Of a stretch of 64,000 nt of DNA, positions 25,931-37,946 are shown piece after piece. This DNA is from Octopus vulgaris. Its lineage: Eukaryota. How positions within the stretch are numbered: the stretch's first letter is position 1; every line of letters starts with the position of its first letter. A program made the translations under genes and the position numbers. The notes below the pieces were generated by a model that was not told where the DNA came from, made no database searches, and saw nothing but the letters and a program-made list of their open reading frames with translations. Location: positions 115,134,001 to 115,198,000 of the forward strand of contig OX597821.1 of NCBI GenBank assembly GCA_951406725.2, written 5' to 3'.

Positions 25931-28323
25931 CCAGAAAAAGGGAAAGATGGCTGCTTATAAATGCCAAAACCTTCCCAGGCGAAGAATGCACCCCACAACA
26001 TAGACTGGTAGTTAGTGACTTTAGGATCAGGACTAAGAGGGCGACTAGAAGACGACCAACATGGAGAAGAAGGGTCTGGAAGCTTAAAGACCCTGCGAAT
26101 GGACAGAGATTTAGAGATATGTTATTTGAAGCCTTTGACGAAGTGGAAGGGGGTATAGCTACACATGGGGTAGAAGACAACTGGACGTTTCTGAGGGACA
26201 ACCTGCTGAAAGCCGCTGACCAGATTTGTGGCTGGTGCAAAGTCCCCTTAAGACCCAAAATAACGTGGTGGTGGAACAATATTGTTGACAGGGCTATTAG
26301 ACAAAAGAAACAGGCTTGGAAGGCCTGGAAGAACGGTGGTAGCAGGGAAGTGTATCAGACTGCCAGAAGGGAAGCTAGGAGACAGGTCTATCTAGCCAGA
26401 GGGGAAGCAGATAAGAGAAAATTTGCCAATGTCCTGCGCCGTGAGGATGAAAGACTTGAGGTATTTCGTGTTGCAAGACAGTGTGTGAGAGAAAATCGTG
26501 ATGTGGTAGGAGAGAAATGTGTTCGCATGGAGGATGGTTCACTTGCGCTAAATGAGGATGCAAAGAGAGAAGCTTGGAGACGCCACTATGAAAGGTTGCT
26601 GAATGAGGAAAATGAATGGGATAAAGAGAGTCTGCCGAATGTTGACCCAACAGAGGGACCAGCTATCCGAGTTGATAGTTCCGTGGTAGCTAAGGCAATT
26701 ACAAGCATGAAGACAGGGAAAGCCCCAGGCCCATCAGGAATTACTGCAGAGATGCTCAAAATATCTGGTAGTGTCAGCTATAGCATAGTCACCTGTATAG
26801 TTAACCAGGTGATACACGAAGGAGTCATACCCGATGACTGGTGTAGCAGCATAATAGTCAACTGCTACAAAGGTAAAGGCGATGCCCTAGATACAAATAA
26901 CTACAGGGGCATCAAGCTGTTGGATCAGGTAATGAAGGTTACGGAGAGGGTTATAGCCCAGTTAATTAGAGAGAGAGTTAGCTTAGATGATATGCAGTTT
27001 GGGTTCGTGCCAGGGAAAAGTACTACTGATGCTATATTCCTGGTAAGACAGCTGCAGGAGAAATACCTAGCCAAAGGTAAGCCCTTGTACCTGGCTTTTG
27101 TTGACTTGGAGAAAGCCTTTGACAGGGTCCCCCGATCCCTTATCTGGTGGTCAATGAGGAAACTAGGGATAGATGAATGGTTAGTGAGAGCTGTGCGAGC
27201 CATGTACAGGGATGCTGTTAGTAAGGTGAGGGTTGGCAACGAGTACAGTGAAGAATTCCGGGTAGAGGTTGGGGTCCACCAAGGTTCAGTCCTCAGCCCC
27301 CTACTATTTATCATAGTCCTCCAGGCAATAACGGAAGAATTTAAGACAGGATGCCCCTGGGAGCTCCTCTATGCTGATGACCTTGCTCTAATTGCTGAGT
27401 CACTATCAGAACTGGAGGAGAAGTTTCAGGTGTGGAAACAAGGATTAGAATCGAAGGGCCTTAGAATCAACCTAGCCAAAACCAAAGTCCTAATAAGTAG
27501 GAAGGTGGACCAACCACAAACGACTTCAGGTAGATGGCCCTGCTCGATCTGTAGAAAAGGTGTAGGTAGAAACTCTATAAGGTACACCAAGTGTAAGCTA
27601 TGGACACATAAGAGGTGCAGCAATGTCAAAGGTAGGCTAACTGGGAAGATAGTTTTCGTATGTGGCAGATGCTCAGGAGAAATAAACACTGGAAATGTGC
27701 AGAGACCAACTTCTACCACGTTCCAGGGAGACAAACTAGAAGTAGTTGATAGCTTCCGCTACCTAGGAGACCAAGTTAGTAGCGGGGGTGGGTGTGCTGA
27801 AAGTGTAACTGCTAGAGTAAGAATAGCCTGGGCAAAGTTTAGAGAGCTCTTACCCCTGCTGGTGACAAAAGGCCTCTCGCTCAGAGTAAAAGGCAGACTT
27901 TATGATGCATGTGTACGTACAGCCATGCTACATGGTAGTGAAACATGGGCCGTGACTGCTGAGGATATGCGTAAGCTCGCAAGAAATGAAGCCAGTATGC
28001 TCCGATGGATGTGTAATGTCAGTGTTCATAATCGTCAGAGTGTAAGTACCTTGAGAGAAAAGTTGAACCTAAGAAGCGTCAGTTGTGGTGTGCAAGAGAG
28101 ACGGCTGCGCTGGTATGGTCATATGACGAGAATGGCTGAAGATAGTTGTGTGCAAAAGTGCTACACCCTAGCAGTTGAGGGAACCTGTAGAAGAGGTAGA
28201 CCCAGGAAAACCTGGGACAAAGTGGTGAAGCACGACCTACGAACTTTAGGTCTCACCAAGGAAATGACTAGAGACCGAGACCTATGGAAGTATGCTGTGC
28301 GTGAGAAGACCCGGCAAGACTAG
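25931..28323 (+). CDS. RTE LINE ORF (end of APE endonuclease, reverse transcriptase with inserted PHD-like finger, RTE C-terminus), 5'-truncated
   Basis: Motifs PQHRLVVSDF (APE end), KAPGPSG, NYRGIKLL, QFGF, FVDLEKAFDRVP, GVHQGSVLSPLLF, LYADD, FRYLG, RRLRWYGH, GRPRKTW. The track start at 25909 (MLHIYIY) is flanking microsatellite, not a real start. Confidence 0.95.
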
Positions 28324-28918
28324 TCAGGCCATAACCCGTGGCCCCTACCTGGGATGTAGTCAGTCCACCTGTGCATACCTTCCTTCTTGTGACACTTGTG
28401 AAGACCTGTTGAGGCAAGTGAAAATCAAACAAAATCAAAATAGATGAACATCAATGGAATTTGTATCTTTGTGGTACCAGTGCCGGTGGCACACAAGAAA
28501 ACCATCCGAACGTGGCCATAGCCAGTACCGCACCGACTGGCCTCCATGCTGTGGGCACGTAGCAATCACCATCCAATCGTGGCCGTTCGCCAGCCTCGTC
28601 TGGCACCTGTGTCGGTGGCACATAAAAACACCATCCGAGCGTGGCCGTTCGCCAGCTTCGTCTGGCACCTGTGTCGGTGGCACATAAAAACACCATCCGA
28701 GCGTGGCCGTTCGCCAGCCTTGTCTGGCACCTGTGTTGGTGGCACATAAAATCACCCACTACACTCTCGGAGTGGTTGGCATTAGGAAGGGCATCCAGCT
28801 GTAGAAACACTGCCAGATCTGACTGGCCTGGTGCAGCCTTCGGGCTCCCCAGACCCCAGTTGAACCGTCCAACCCATGCTAGCATGGAAAGCGGACGTTA
28901 AATGATGATGATGATGAT
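25931..28918 (+). mobile_element. RTE-clade non-LTR retrotransposon, 5'-truncated, young copy inserted in (TA)n
   Basis: Uninterrupted ORF to 28323, a 3' UTR with ~62-bp tandem repeats, the conserved tail GTGGTTGGCATTAGGAAGGGCATCCAGCTGTAGAAAC and a (GAT)n end; (TA)n on both sides. Confidence 0.95.
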
Positions 28919-30930
28919 ATATATATATATATGTATATATGATGGGCTTTTTTCAGTTTCCGTCTACCAAATCTACTCACAAGGCCAAGGTGCCATGCAG
29001 AGGAACTGAACCGGGAACTGTGGTTGGGAAGCAAACTTCTTACCACACAACCATGTGTGTATATATATATATGCCGGTGGCACGTAAAAAACACCATCCG
29101 TACGTGGTCGATGCCAGTGCCACCTTGACTGGCTTCTGTGCCAGTGGCATGTAAAAAGCACCTACTACACTCATAGAGTGGTTGGTGTTAGGAAGGGCAT
29201 CCAGCTGTAGAAACATTGCCAGATCAGTCTGGAGCCTGGTGCAGCCTCCTGGCTTCCCAGACCCCGGTCGAACCATCCAACCTATGCTAGCATGGAAAAC
29301 GGATGTTAAACGATGATGATGATGATGATATATGTTGTTGTTTGTCTCAATCATATCAGAAATTCTATAATTTGAAAATAGAGTTTAGTTTTGTTATCAG
29401 GAACACTGCAAGAAAAGAATGAAAGTTAGAAATGTTTTGGTTGTTATTCATTTTCTTTCCGATTCCAACCTTGTTCTCCGTCACTGATTGTATTCTATGC
29501 AGCTAAGCAGTGAGTGGTGTTTATTCGTATAACACAGTAGTTTAACAATCAACACCTCGGCAAATCATATCTTTTATCTGGACTTCTGTGATCTTAATCA
29601 GTTCAAAGAGAGGATTAGTCGAGAAGATTTAATCTAGAAATAAATAAATAAAAATATATATATATATGAAAACTTTATTTCTGACTTACATCATTGATAA
29701 CACACACAAACTCTGTTTCTGATATACATCATTGATAATGTGTGTGTTGTTGTTGTTGTTGGAATGTTGTTTTTAGTTTTCTTCCTCTCTCATGAGATTA
29801 TGGTTTCAAGGTTTGTGATGTAAATTGTATTTGTTTTGAGTTAAAGGAATGAGAGTTTATCTTTACTCCCCCCCTCCTTTCTTATTCTTCTCTCGCTAAT
29901 CACTCTCCCTTCTTCTCTATGAGGAAACAACTTCTCTCTCCTTCCCTCTCTTTGTCCCCCGCTATCTATCTCTCCTTATCTCTCTCCCTCTTTGTCCCTC
30001 CTTCTCTCCTTCCTTCCCACTTTCTGTCTCCCCCTCTTTCTCTCTTTTTTTCCTTCCCTCTTTCTTTCTCTCTTCCTCTTTCTTTATCCTTCTCTTTCCC
30101 CCTCTCCCTCTCTCCAGTGAAACATTTAGACTTCATTTCTTCTTCATGGCATAATAGTTATCCCACCAGGTGGCAGGCTGGCAGCATTCTTAGCATGTTG
30201 CAGAAAACGCTTAGCAGTATTCCATCCATCCATACATTCTGAGTTCAAATTCCACCAAAGTTAGCTTTACATTTCACCGTTTCAGGTTGATAAAATTACT
30301 ACCAGCTGCACACTGGGGCTGATTGAATCAACTTACCCCTTCCTCTGAAATTGCTGGCCTTGTGCCAGAATTTGAAACCGTTATCCATCCCACTATTCAG
30401 AGAAGTTCCAGAAAATGCGTGCGTTAAGAAAGCGGTTGAAGCTAAAGGTTTACGACATAGAAAGCAGCTGAGAGATTCTATGAGGCAGCCATGGACCATA
30501 AGTTGGAGCAAAATGCCAGCCGGATGGAAGGTGACGTAGTGATGGCATGATAAAATGGATGGAATCATAAAGGCTAAAAGACAGGGGTGGTAGGACTGGA
30601 AGTAATGAATATGGAACAATATCAGGTTGTCAGAAGGTTTACATGCTATGTACACCTGGCGAATTGATGCTAGGTGTACATAGCATAGGGAGGAAGTAAG
30701 AAGTTTGTCCAAATTCCTTTCCAAAATGAGAGAAATATGAGATCTTTCAGGCTATGAAAGAATGAGATTGAAACTGTCATTGGGAAAAGTGTGTTCAGAA
30801 TGGCAATACCAGACTTTGCTATTATTGACATTCCAGAGAAAGAACCATGGAAATTTTAACAAACCAACGAATCAAAATGTATTTGTCATTCTTGTGAGTC
30901 ACTGCTGCAATGACATTCATCTCACTTTGA

Positions 30931-31006
<76 letters not shown>

Positions 31007-31305
31007 TCATCGTCATCGTTTAACGTCCGCTTTCCATGCTAGCATGGGTTGGACGGTTTGACTGTGGGCTGGCGAACCAGATGGCTGCACCAAGCTCCAG
31101 TCTTGATATATATTCTTTTATTTGTTTCAGTCATTTGACTGTGGCCATGCTGGAGCACCAAATCACCTCACCCAGGACTTATTCCTTGTAAGCTTAGTAC
31201 TCATTTTGTCAGTCTCTTTTGCTGAACTGCTAAGTTACGGTGACATAAACACACCAACATCAGTTGTGAAGCGATGGCGGTGGGGACAAACACAGACATA
31301 TACAA

Positions 31306-31340
<35 letters not shown>

Positions 31341-32938
31341 CACATATGCACACATATATATGTATATATGGGGGTTTAGTTTACAGGTGATCTAAATGAC
31401 TAGGTACGATGGGTAAGTGCTGTAACAGATTACCTGGGCTCCAAGGTTAAAGCTGAGACAGGAGTTATGGAGCCATTGTAGATTTCCCATAAATCATATA
31501 CGTTATTATTATTGGAATTTTTCCAATAATAATAATGTGTATATTATTTCCTGTAATAATATTGTATATGACTTGAGATGTTTGTCTTGTCTTAACGTTT
31601 GTTGTCCACTTTAACAATTATATATATATGTGACAGGCTTCTTTCAGTTTCCGTCTCCCAAATCCACTCACAAGGCTTTGGTTGGCCCAAGGCTATAGTA
31701 GAAGACACTTGCCCAAAGTGTGATGCAGTGGGACTGAACCCAGAACCATGTGGTCAGGAAGCAAGCCATACCTTCCACTCAGCCATACCTGCACCTGTAT
31801 ATATATATATATATATATTGGAATGAGGCATACATTATTATACCAGTGATATTCATATTGTATTTTAAACACAACTTGCTTATGGAGAGTTTTTCTTTCA
31901 GACAAAAACTGCAGCATTATGCCTTTTGTCTATGTACATACATTTAATATGATGCACAGATTCTGATTTTAATTTAATGTTGTTTCAGTTGCATACACTG
32001 ATGATTTGCAGTTGAAAAGGGCAACAGGTTGTAAAGACATTTGCTCTGCAAAAGCTGCAGCCCCACTCCCACTCCATACATGCTGGCATAGTAAAAGAAT
32101 TCAAAAGAAAAAACCCAAAATATTTTCAATTTTAAAATGTTATCTTATCTTATTCTAATGCCATTATCATCTTTCTGGAAATATAAAAAAATTTGTCATT
32201 GCTCATTATAGTAATTAAAGGATTTTAATTACTTTAGTGAATTAGTTTTTAATTTAGTGTGTCTAAAAAATAAATTTATAAAAAATAAACAAACAAAACA
32301 AAAATAAGATGAACCCAATGACTAAGCATTTTGTTAAATGAACTGATTATATTTTTATCACCTGCCAGATTTAGTTAATCCAATAATCCTTGGTAATCTG
32401 TTACTGTTATTTTTAATTTTAATCCTTTAAATTATTTTAAAAAACATGAAATATTTCTTTTACATTAATTATTGTTAATTAATGTAAAAGACAGAATTGA
32501 TGGAACATTTGGTCACACTTTATGTTCTGTACAAATACACGTGGCCTAGTGGTTTAGGGTGTTTGGTTTGTGGTTATGGAGTCATGGGTTCATTTCATGA
32601 ACTGGGTAATGTATATTATAACCCTAAGCAAGGCTCTTCTTCATTGCATATTATTCCTGTCTACTCAACTGTAATGTTCATTCAGGTGCTACTTTGGCCT
32701 GCCTCTCCCTCCGTCTTGGATGCTTCTTTGGGTCAAAGGTGAAAGGGCTGAGATGCTATCTATGTCTGTTGATGACTAAAACAATTAGCAAAGCCATGGT
32801 GCTGTCACCTGGCCACACTCAACCGTGAGAGACAACCATCTGTATTTTATATTTTGGGTTCTAATTTCACCCAAGTAAGCCTTGTTGTTCATCCTCTCAA
32901 CATTGCTAAAAGAAATAGCAATCAAAGTATTGGCTTGA

Positions 32939-33813
32939 TTAAAACCTTTTGTAACCACGTTCCTGTTGAAATACGTTGCCATTAATTAAGTTAATTTCAA
33001 AGATAATGAAGAGTTTGGTAACACAACATGAAATTTTGATGCGAGAAGGTTTTAATTTGGATTTCTTTAAGACAGGGTATTTGTATCATAGGACCAGGGA
33101 TGATCTCAGGCAGGTTGATATGGAAAGGGTTAAGAGAAACGGGATGGAAAGATCTAGAGTCTAATCTGACAAGAATATTTTTGTTCAAATATACTGCCTT
33201 TGTTTCAACTAATTTTGAAAATAATGAATTTAGTTATTAAGCTGCTGTTTGGAACATAAATTAACCTGAAGTTTTAAGGGGAAATTTTAATTTAAATGAC
33301 TTTAAAATATGAGGTTTGCATCATAGTACCAGGAATGGTTTCATTCAAGTTCATAAAAAATGGGTTAACTGTTTTGTTACCACAGTTGAAATACACTGCT
33401 TTTGTTCTAATAAACTTTGAAAATAGTGAAGAATTTGATAAAATAACTTTGCCATTATTAACATTTTTGATACCAAACCATCTGAGACTGCCCTTAATTT
33501 TATGATTCAAGTTTCCTGTTTTGAAATTATCTAAATTAAAAACTTCCTATTGAAATTTCATGTTAATTTGTGTTCTTAACACCAACTTAATACCGACAAA
33601 GTTATTTTCTTGAATTCTTCATCATATTTACAATTAATTGAAACAAATGCAGTGTATTTCAACCAAAAAATGGTAAGAAAAGGGTTAAGCTGGTGTTTGG
33701 AACATTAAATTAAATTTTGATGGAAGGTTTTAATTAGATCACTTTAAAAGAGGAACTTTGTAACATAGAACCCATGGCTGAGGGTCTTGGATTGGCTGGC
33801 ATCAAAAGGGTTA
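32939..33813. mobile_element. Cluster of piggyBac-like (TTAA-CCC..GGG-TTAA) MITE copies in both orientations; same family at ~22780-23118
   Basis: Repeated ~220-bp unit ending AAAAGGGTTAA, with a shared internal GCTGGTGTTTGGAACATAAATTAACATGAAATTTTGA. Confidence 0.7.
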
Positions 33814-34126
33814 AATCTGGTGCCCCATCCTTCGAAATCTGTGGCTTTGTGCCTACAGTAGAAATCTCTCTTTCTTTCCCACAAACAATGGAATGGTAGA
33901 AACAATAACTGCTCTAGAATTGCATCCATGTTCCATCTTCAAGTCCTGTCGGTCATTTCGGATGGCACTAAAATAATTATCAGCATCTATATGATACTGA
34001 GGTCTGTTTATTCCATCTTAATCCTTGCTTATAAATCTATACAGCCTTGATCCAATGCAGGATGTCCTTACTAACAGCTTTTACTTGTTTCTTTCAGGTC
34101 ACTTAGCCGCATCAGATGATTCTAGA

Positions 34127-34193
34127 ATGTTGGATGACACGAGTCCAACAACTCGGGCGTTCGTAGAACACAAGCAGCTGATGACGGAACTGA
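34127..34193 (+). CDS. DTNB: Dystrobrevin, first conserved coding exon (exon starts at 34098; MLDDTSPTTRAFVEHKQLMTEL, phase-1 end)
   Basis: Acceptor tttcAG at 34096-34097, ATG at 34127, donor GTAAGT at 34194. The 67 coding nt join the next exon in frame (A+GA=Arg) and align by eye to the dystrobrevin N-terminus (..ERRQLFAEMR..). The symbol is family-level; invertebrates have a single DTNA/DTNB orthologue. Confidence 0.85.
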
Positions 34194-34444
34194 GTAAGTG
34201 GTGCAGACGTTTTTGTCTTTCTGATTTTCTTTGGAATCATTTGCTGAACCACTAAGTTACCAAGATGTAAACACACCAACACCAATTGTCAAGCAGTGAT
34301 GGGGGACAAACACAGACACAAAGGCACACACATTCATGTATATATATATATATATAAGGATAAGATCGTTGATTTAAAGATAAAATAACGATTTTATCAA
34401 GTGGTCAGCATGGAAAAAATAACCTTCAAAGGTAATAATTATTA

Positions 34445-34624
34445 AAATTATAAATTAGGGTATCTACGAGATACCACCATGCTGAAAATAGCAGCCATGA
34501 TCTGACTCTAAAACCACCTTTGTTTTCTCTCCATGTTGATATATGGACAATTAAGGTGGTTTTAGAGTCAGATCATGGCTGCTATTTTCAGCATGGTGGT
34601 ATCTCGTAGATACCCTAATTTATA

Positions 34625-34628
<4 letters not shown>
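34445..34628. repeat. Essentially perfect ~76-bp inverted repeat with a ~32-bp spacer
   Basis: AAATTATAAATTAGGGTATCTACGAGATACCACCATGCTG..AAAACCACCTT and its reverse complement from ~34553; ends in (TA)n. Confidence 0.92.
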
Positions 34629-34669
<41 letters not shown>

Positions 34670-34771
34670 GAGATACAAATAAGATAATAATATATTCTCA
34701 AATGCACAAACACTGATAGAACAGCAGAGACAGGATAAAATATCCATAGAAAGTGGGAAAATATGTCAGCA

Positions 34772-34844
34772 ACCGACCATAAGACTTGAACCCGCATCCC
34801 TTTGATTACCGGTCAAGTGCTTTACCAATTAAACTAAACTGCCC
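34772..34844 (-). other. tRNA-like sequence (Thr-GGT-like pseudo-tRNA or SINE head)
   Basis: Minus strand GGGCAGTTTAGTTTAATTGGTAAAGCACTTGA-CCGGTAA-TCAAAGGGATGCGGGTTCAAGTC: D arm, anticodon arm and T loop are recognisable; acceptor and T stems are degenerate. Confidence 0.55.
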
Positions 34845-36937
34845 ATGACAAATTAATTCACAATTTTAGAACTTATAAAGCTACTGAGCAGAATGCTGCA
34901 AGGCTGCAAATGGCAGGCTTCTTTCAGTTTCTGTCTACCAAACCCTCTTACAAGGGTTTGGTTAACCCGAGGCTATAGTAAAAAAACACTTACCTGCAGT
35001 GCCATGCAGTGGGATTGAACACTGAACCATGCGGTTGGGAAGCAATGTTCTAACCACACTGTCAATGCTAACATTTCTTCTCATAAAAGACTATTAATAT
35101 CCTATATTTGTTGGAATAAAGATACAAAGAAATAAATGAAAAGCCTGCCAATATCTTCAATTTGTTGCCATTTATAGCAAACTGAAAAGCTATTAGTTCC
35201 ACAAAGAAAATTATTTGATTACTATTAACAGTCATAGTTTATTTATTTTAATTTTTTTTTAGATTAACATTCCTGAAAAGCTTAGAATATTCAACAAGTC
35301 ACTTTTAAAATTGTAGTTAATTCAAAGCCTCTGGGTAATGTCTTCTGTTGGATCTCATTAATACTGTTGAAGTTTTTACATTTTGAAAGATATTTTTTTA
35401 AAAAATGAGGAGACTGTCTATAGAAGACAATAGATTTTTCATTTCTTTGTAAATTCATAAAAAAATGTGAATGTTAAACCTAAGTATTCAATGGTTTTTA
35501 ATTTAGTGTCGTTGCAAAACACACACACACTGAGTATTTTTTTTGTCTGCATATGCTGTCATTAACAAGGAAATACAAGGTGTAGTTCTTTGAAAGAAAT
35601 TTTGAAATATTAAGAACTTGGTAAACATGGAAAGATTTAAACACACACACACACACACACAAACACATGCAATGGACTTCTTTCAGTTTCTGTCAATCAA
35701 ATCCACTCTCAAAACTTTTGTTAGCCTGGGGTTATAAAAAAACCCACTTGCCCAAGGTTGCATGCAACAAGACCGAACCTGAGACTGCATGGTTAGGAAG
35801 CCAGTTTCTTTACCTCACATCCATACTTCTTAATGAGAATTGGTTTATTTCTTTAGAATATAATCTAATGGTGTTATTCTAATAACAAATTATAATCTAG
35901 ATCTATCGGTTCTTCTTCCAAAATATATTCCTTATGAACAAACCAGTTTTGTTTGAAAATTGAAATCTTTTCTTTCATTGTTACCTGCTTGTTCCTACAC
36001 ATTTTTAGGTTCTTTCAATAACCTCCAAAAGCCTTTAAATCAGTAATTTTATTCACGTTCATCTTTCTCTTTTTTGCTTCACCAGTTTTCTTTTAATAAA
36101 ATCCAGGCATTACTTTGAAAAGCTCAAAATGTCATTATTTATCCCTGCTGTTTTGTAACTGTGGCTCTTTTACCTTGAGGAATTTAATAGCTGAATTAGG
36201 TTTTAATGAGAATGTTCTCAAAACTTATTTCTAGCTCCTGTTTTGTAATTCTGCAATCACTCCCCAGAATAATTTCCCTCATTTTAGCAAAGTTACTCAA
36301 GACAAATTATTTTATGCTTCAAAAATATTTACACTTTTCATAAGGTTAATTATAGTTTGCTCAGGTACGGCTGTGTAGGGGGAAGTTTGCTTCCCAGGTT
36401 CAGCCCCACCGCGTGACACCTTGGGCAAGAGTCTTTTAGCCTTGGCCAAACCAAAGCCTTGTGTGTGTAGGTGTTTGTGTGTGTATATGTGTGTCTCACC
36501 ACTTCTTGACAACAATGTTGGAATGTTTACATCCTCATAACTTAGCAGTTCAGCAAAGGAAACTGATGGAATAAGTACCAGGCTAAAACAAAATAGTATT
36601 GGGGTTGAGTCATTTGATTAAAAACGCTTGAAGGTGGTGCTCCAGAATGGCCTCAGTCTAATGGCTGAAACATGTACAAAGATAGGCATATTTCTGTGCA
36701 TTGTACATATGTGTGTATGTCTTTATGTATTCTTTTTCTTTTTTTTTATTTGTTTCGGTGATTTGATTACAGCCATGCTGGAGCACTGCCTTTAGTTGAG
36801 CAAATTGACCCCAGGATTTATTCTTTGTAAGCCTAGTACATATTCTATCGGTCTCTTTTGCCTAACCGCTAAGTTACGGGGACGTAAGCACACCAACATC
36901 GGTTGTCAAGTGATGTTGGGGATGGGGGAAAACACAG

Positions 36938-36981
<44 letters not shown>

Positions 36982-37259
36982 TATATATATATATATACAA
37001 TGGTCTTCTTTCAGTTTTTGTTTCCCAAATCCACTCACAAGGTTTTGGTCGGCCTGAGGCTATAGTAGAAGACACTTGCCCAAGGTGGCATGCAGTGGGA
37101 CTGAACCCAGAACCATGTGGTTGGTAAGCAAGCTACTTACCACACAGCCACTCCTATGCCTGTATTGGTTATATACTTTGGACAGCAGGATGATGCCATC
37201 TGTATCCAACCAGTAGTGACTCCATTTCTTGTAACTAAACATTGAACTGAATCAGAAAT

Positions 37260-37521
37260 TATTTGCATTATTTATATTATTTACATTTGATGGATATTTG
37301 TCCTCATCTTGTTTGTTTTAACACGTTTCGGTTGATATACTCTCCAGCCTTCATCAGGTGTCTTGGGGAAATTTCGAACCTGGGTTCTCATTCCTAAGGT
37401 ATTTTTTGATGTTATTATTATCATTCAGGTCACTGCCTGGAATCGAACTCGGAATCTTGGGGTTAGTAGCCCACGCTCTTAACCACTACACCAAGATTCC
37501 GAGTTTGATTTCAGGCAGTAA

Positions 37522-37560
<39 letters not shown>

Positions 37561-37750
37561 TAATAACAACAACATCGAAAGATACCTTAGGAATGAGAAT
37601 CCAGGTTCGAAATTTCCCCAAGACACCTGATGAAGGCTGGAGGGTAGATCAGCCGAAGCGTTGTGTTAACATCAAACAAGATGAGGACAAATATCCGTTG
37701 AATATAAATAATGTAAATAATATACATAATTCCTCATCTTTTAAATACAA
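37260..37750. mobile_element. Palindromic tRNA-headed, hammerhead-containing non-autonomous element (copy 1)
   Basis: Inverted arms ~37260-37492 and ~37490-37750; 15-bp direct repeat AACTGAATCAGAAAT at 37245-37259 and 37751-37765; Pol III A/B boxes on the minus strand of the left arm; CTGATGA..GAAAC-type core in both arms. Confidence 0.85.
37622..37667 (+). ncRNA. Minimal type I hammerhead in the right arm of the palindromic element (sister cores at ~37321-37362 minus and ~46629-46670 plus)
   Basis: GACAC-CUGAUGA-A-GGCUG-(10 nt)-CAGCC-GAAGC-GUU-GUGUU. This copy has GAAAC>GAAGC; the two sisters keep GAAAC but are altered just 3' of it, so only the consensus is complete. Confidence 0.7.
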
Positions 37751-37865
37751 AACTGAATCAGAAATGTTGCTGTTCTTGCATTTGAAATTTTCTGTTAGTA
37801 TTTGAAATATTTTTGACAGTCTGTTTGTCAACCAAATTCTTGAATGGTATTTTGCCTTATTTTAG

Positions 37866-37946
37866 GATCTCAGAACTATGATGTCATCAGGTTTGCTACT
37901 TACCGAACTGCCTGTAAATTACGCTTCATACAGAAACGGACCAACT
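37866..37946 (+). CDS. DTNB: Dystrobrevin coding exon 2 ([27 protein letters not shown])
   Basis: ttttAG acceptor at 37864-37865 and GTAAGT donor at 37947; 81 nt; carries the hallmark dystrophin-family motif [17 protein letters not shown]. Not present in the ORF track. Confidence 0.97.

Noticed and set aside
30299-30724. 141-aa minus-strand ORF and overlapping plus-strand ORF
   Set aside because: Partly SINE-derived, with no recognisable motif or splice structure.
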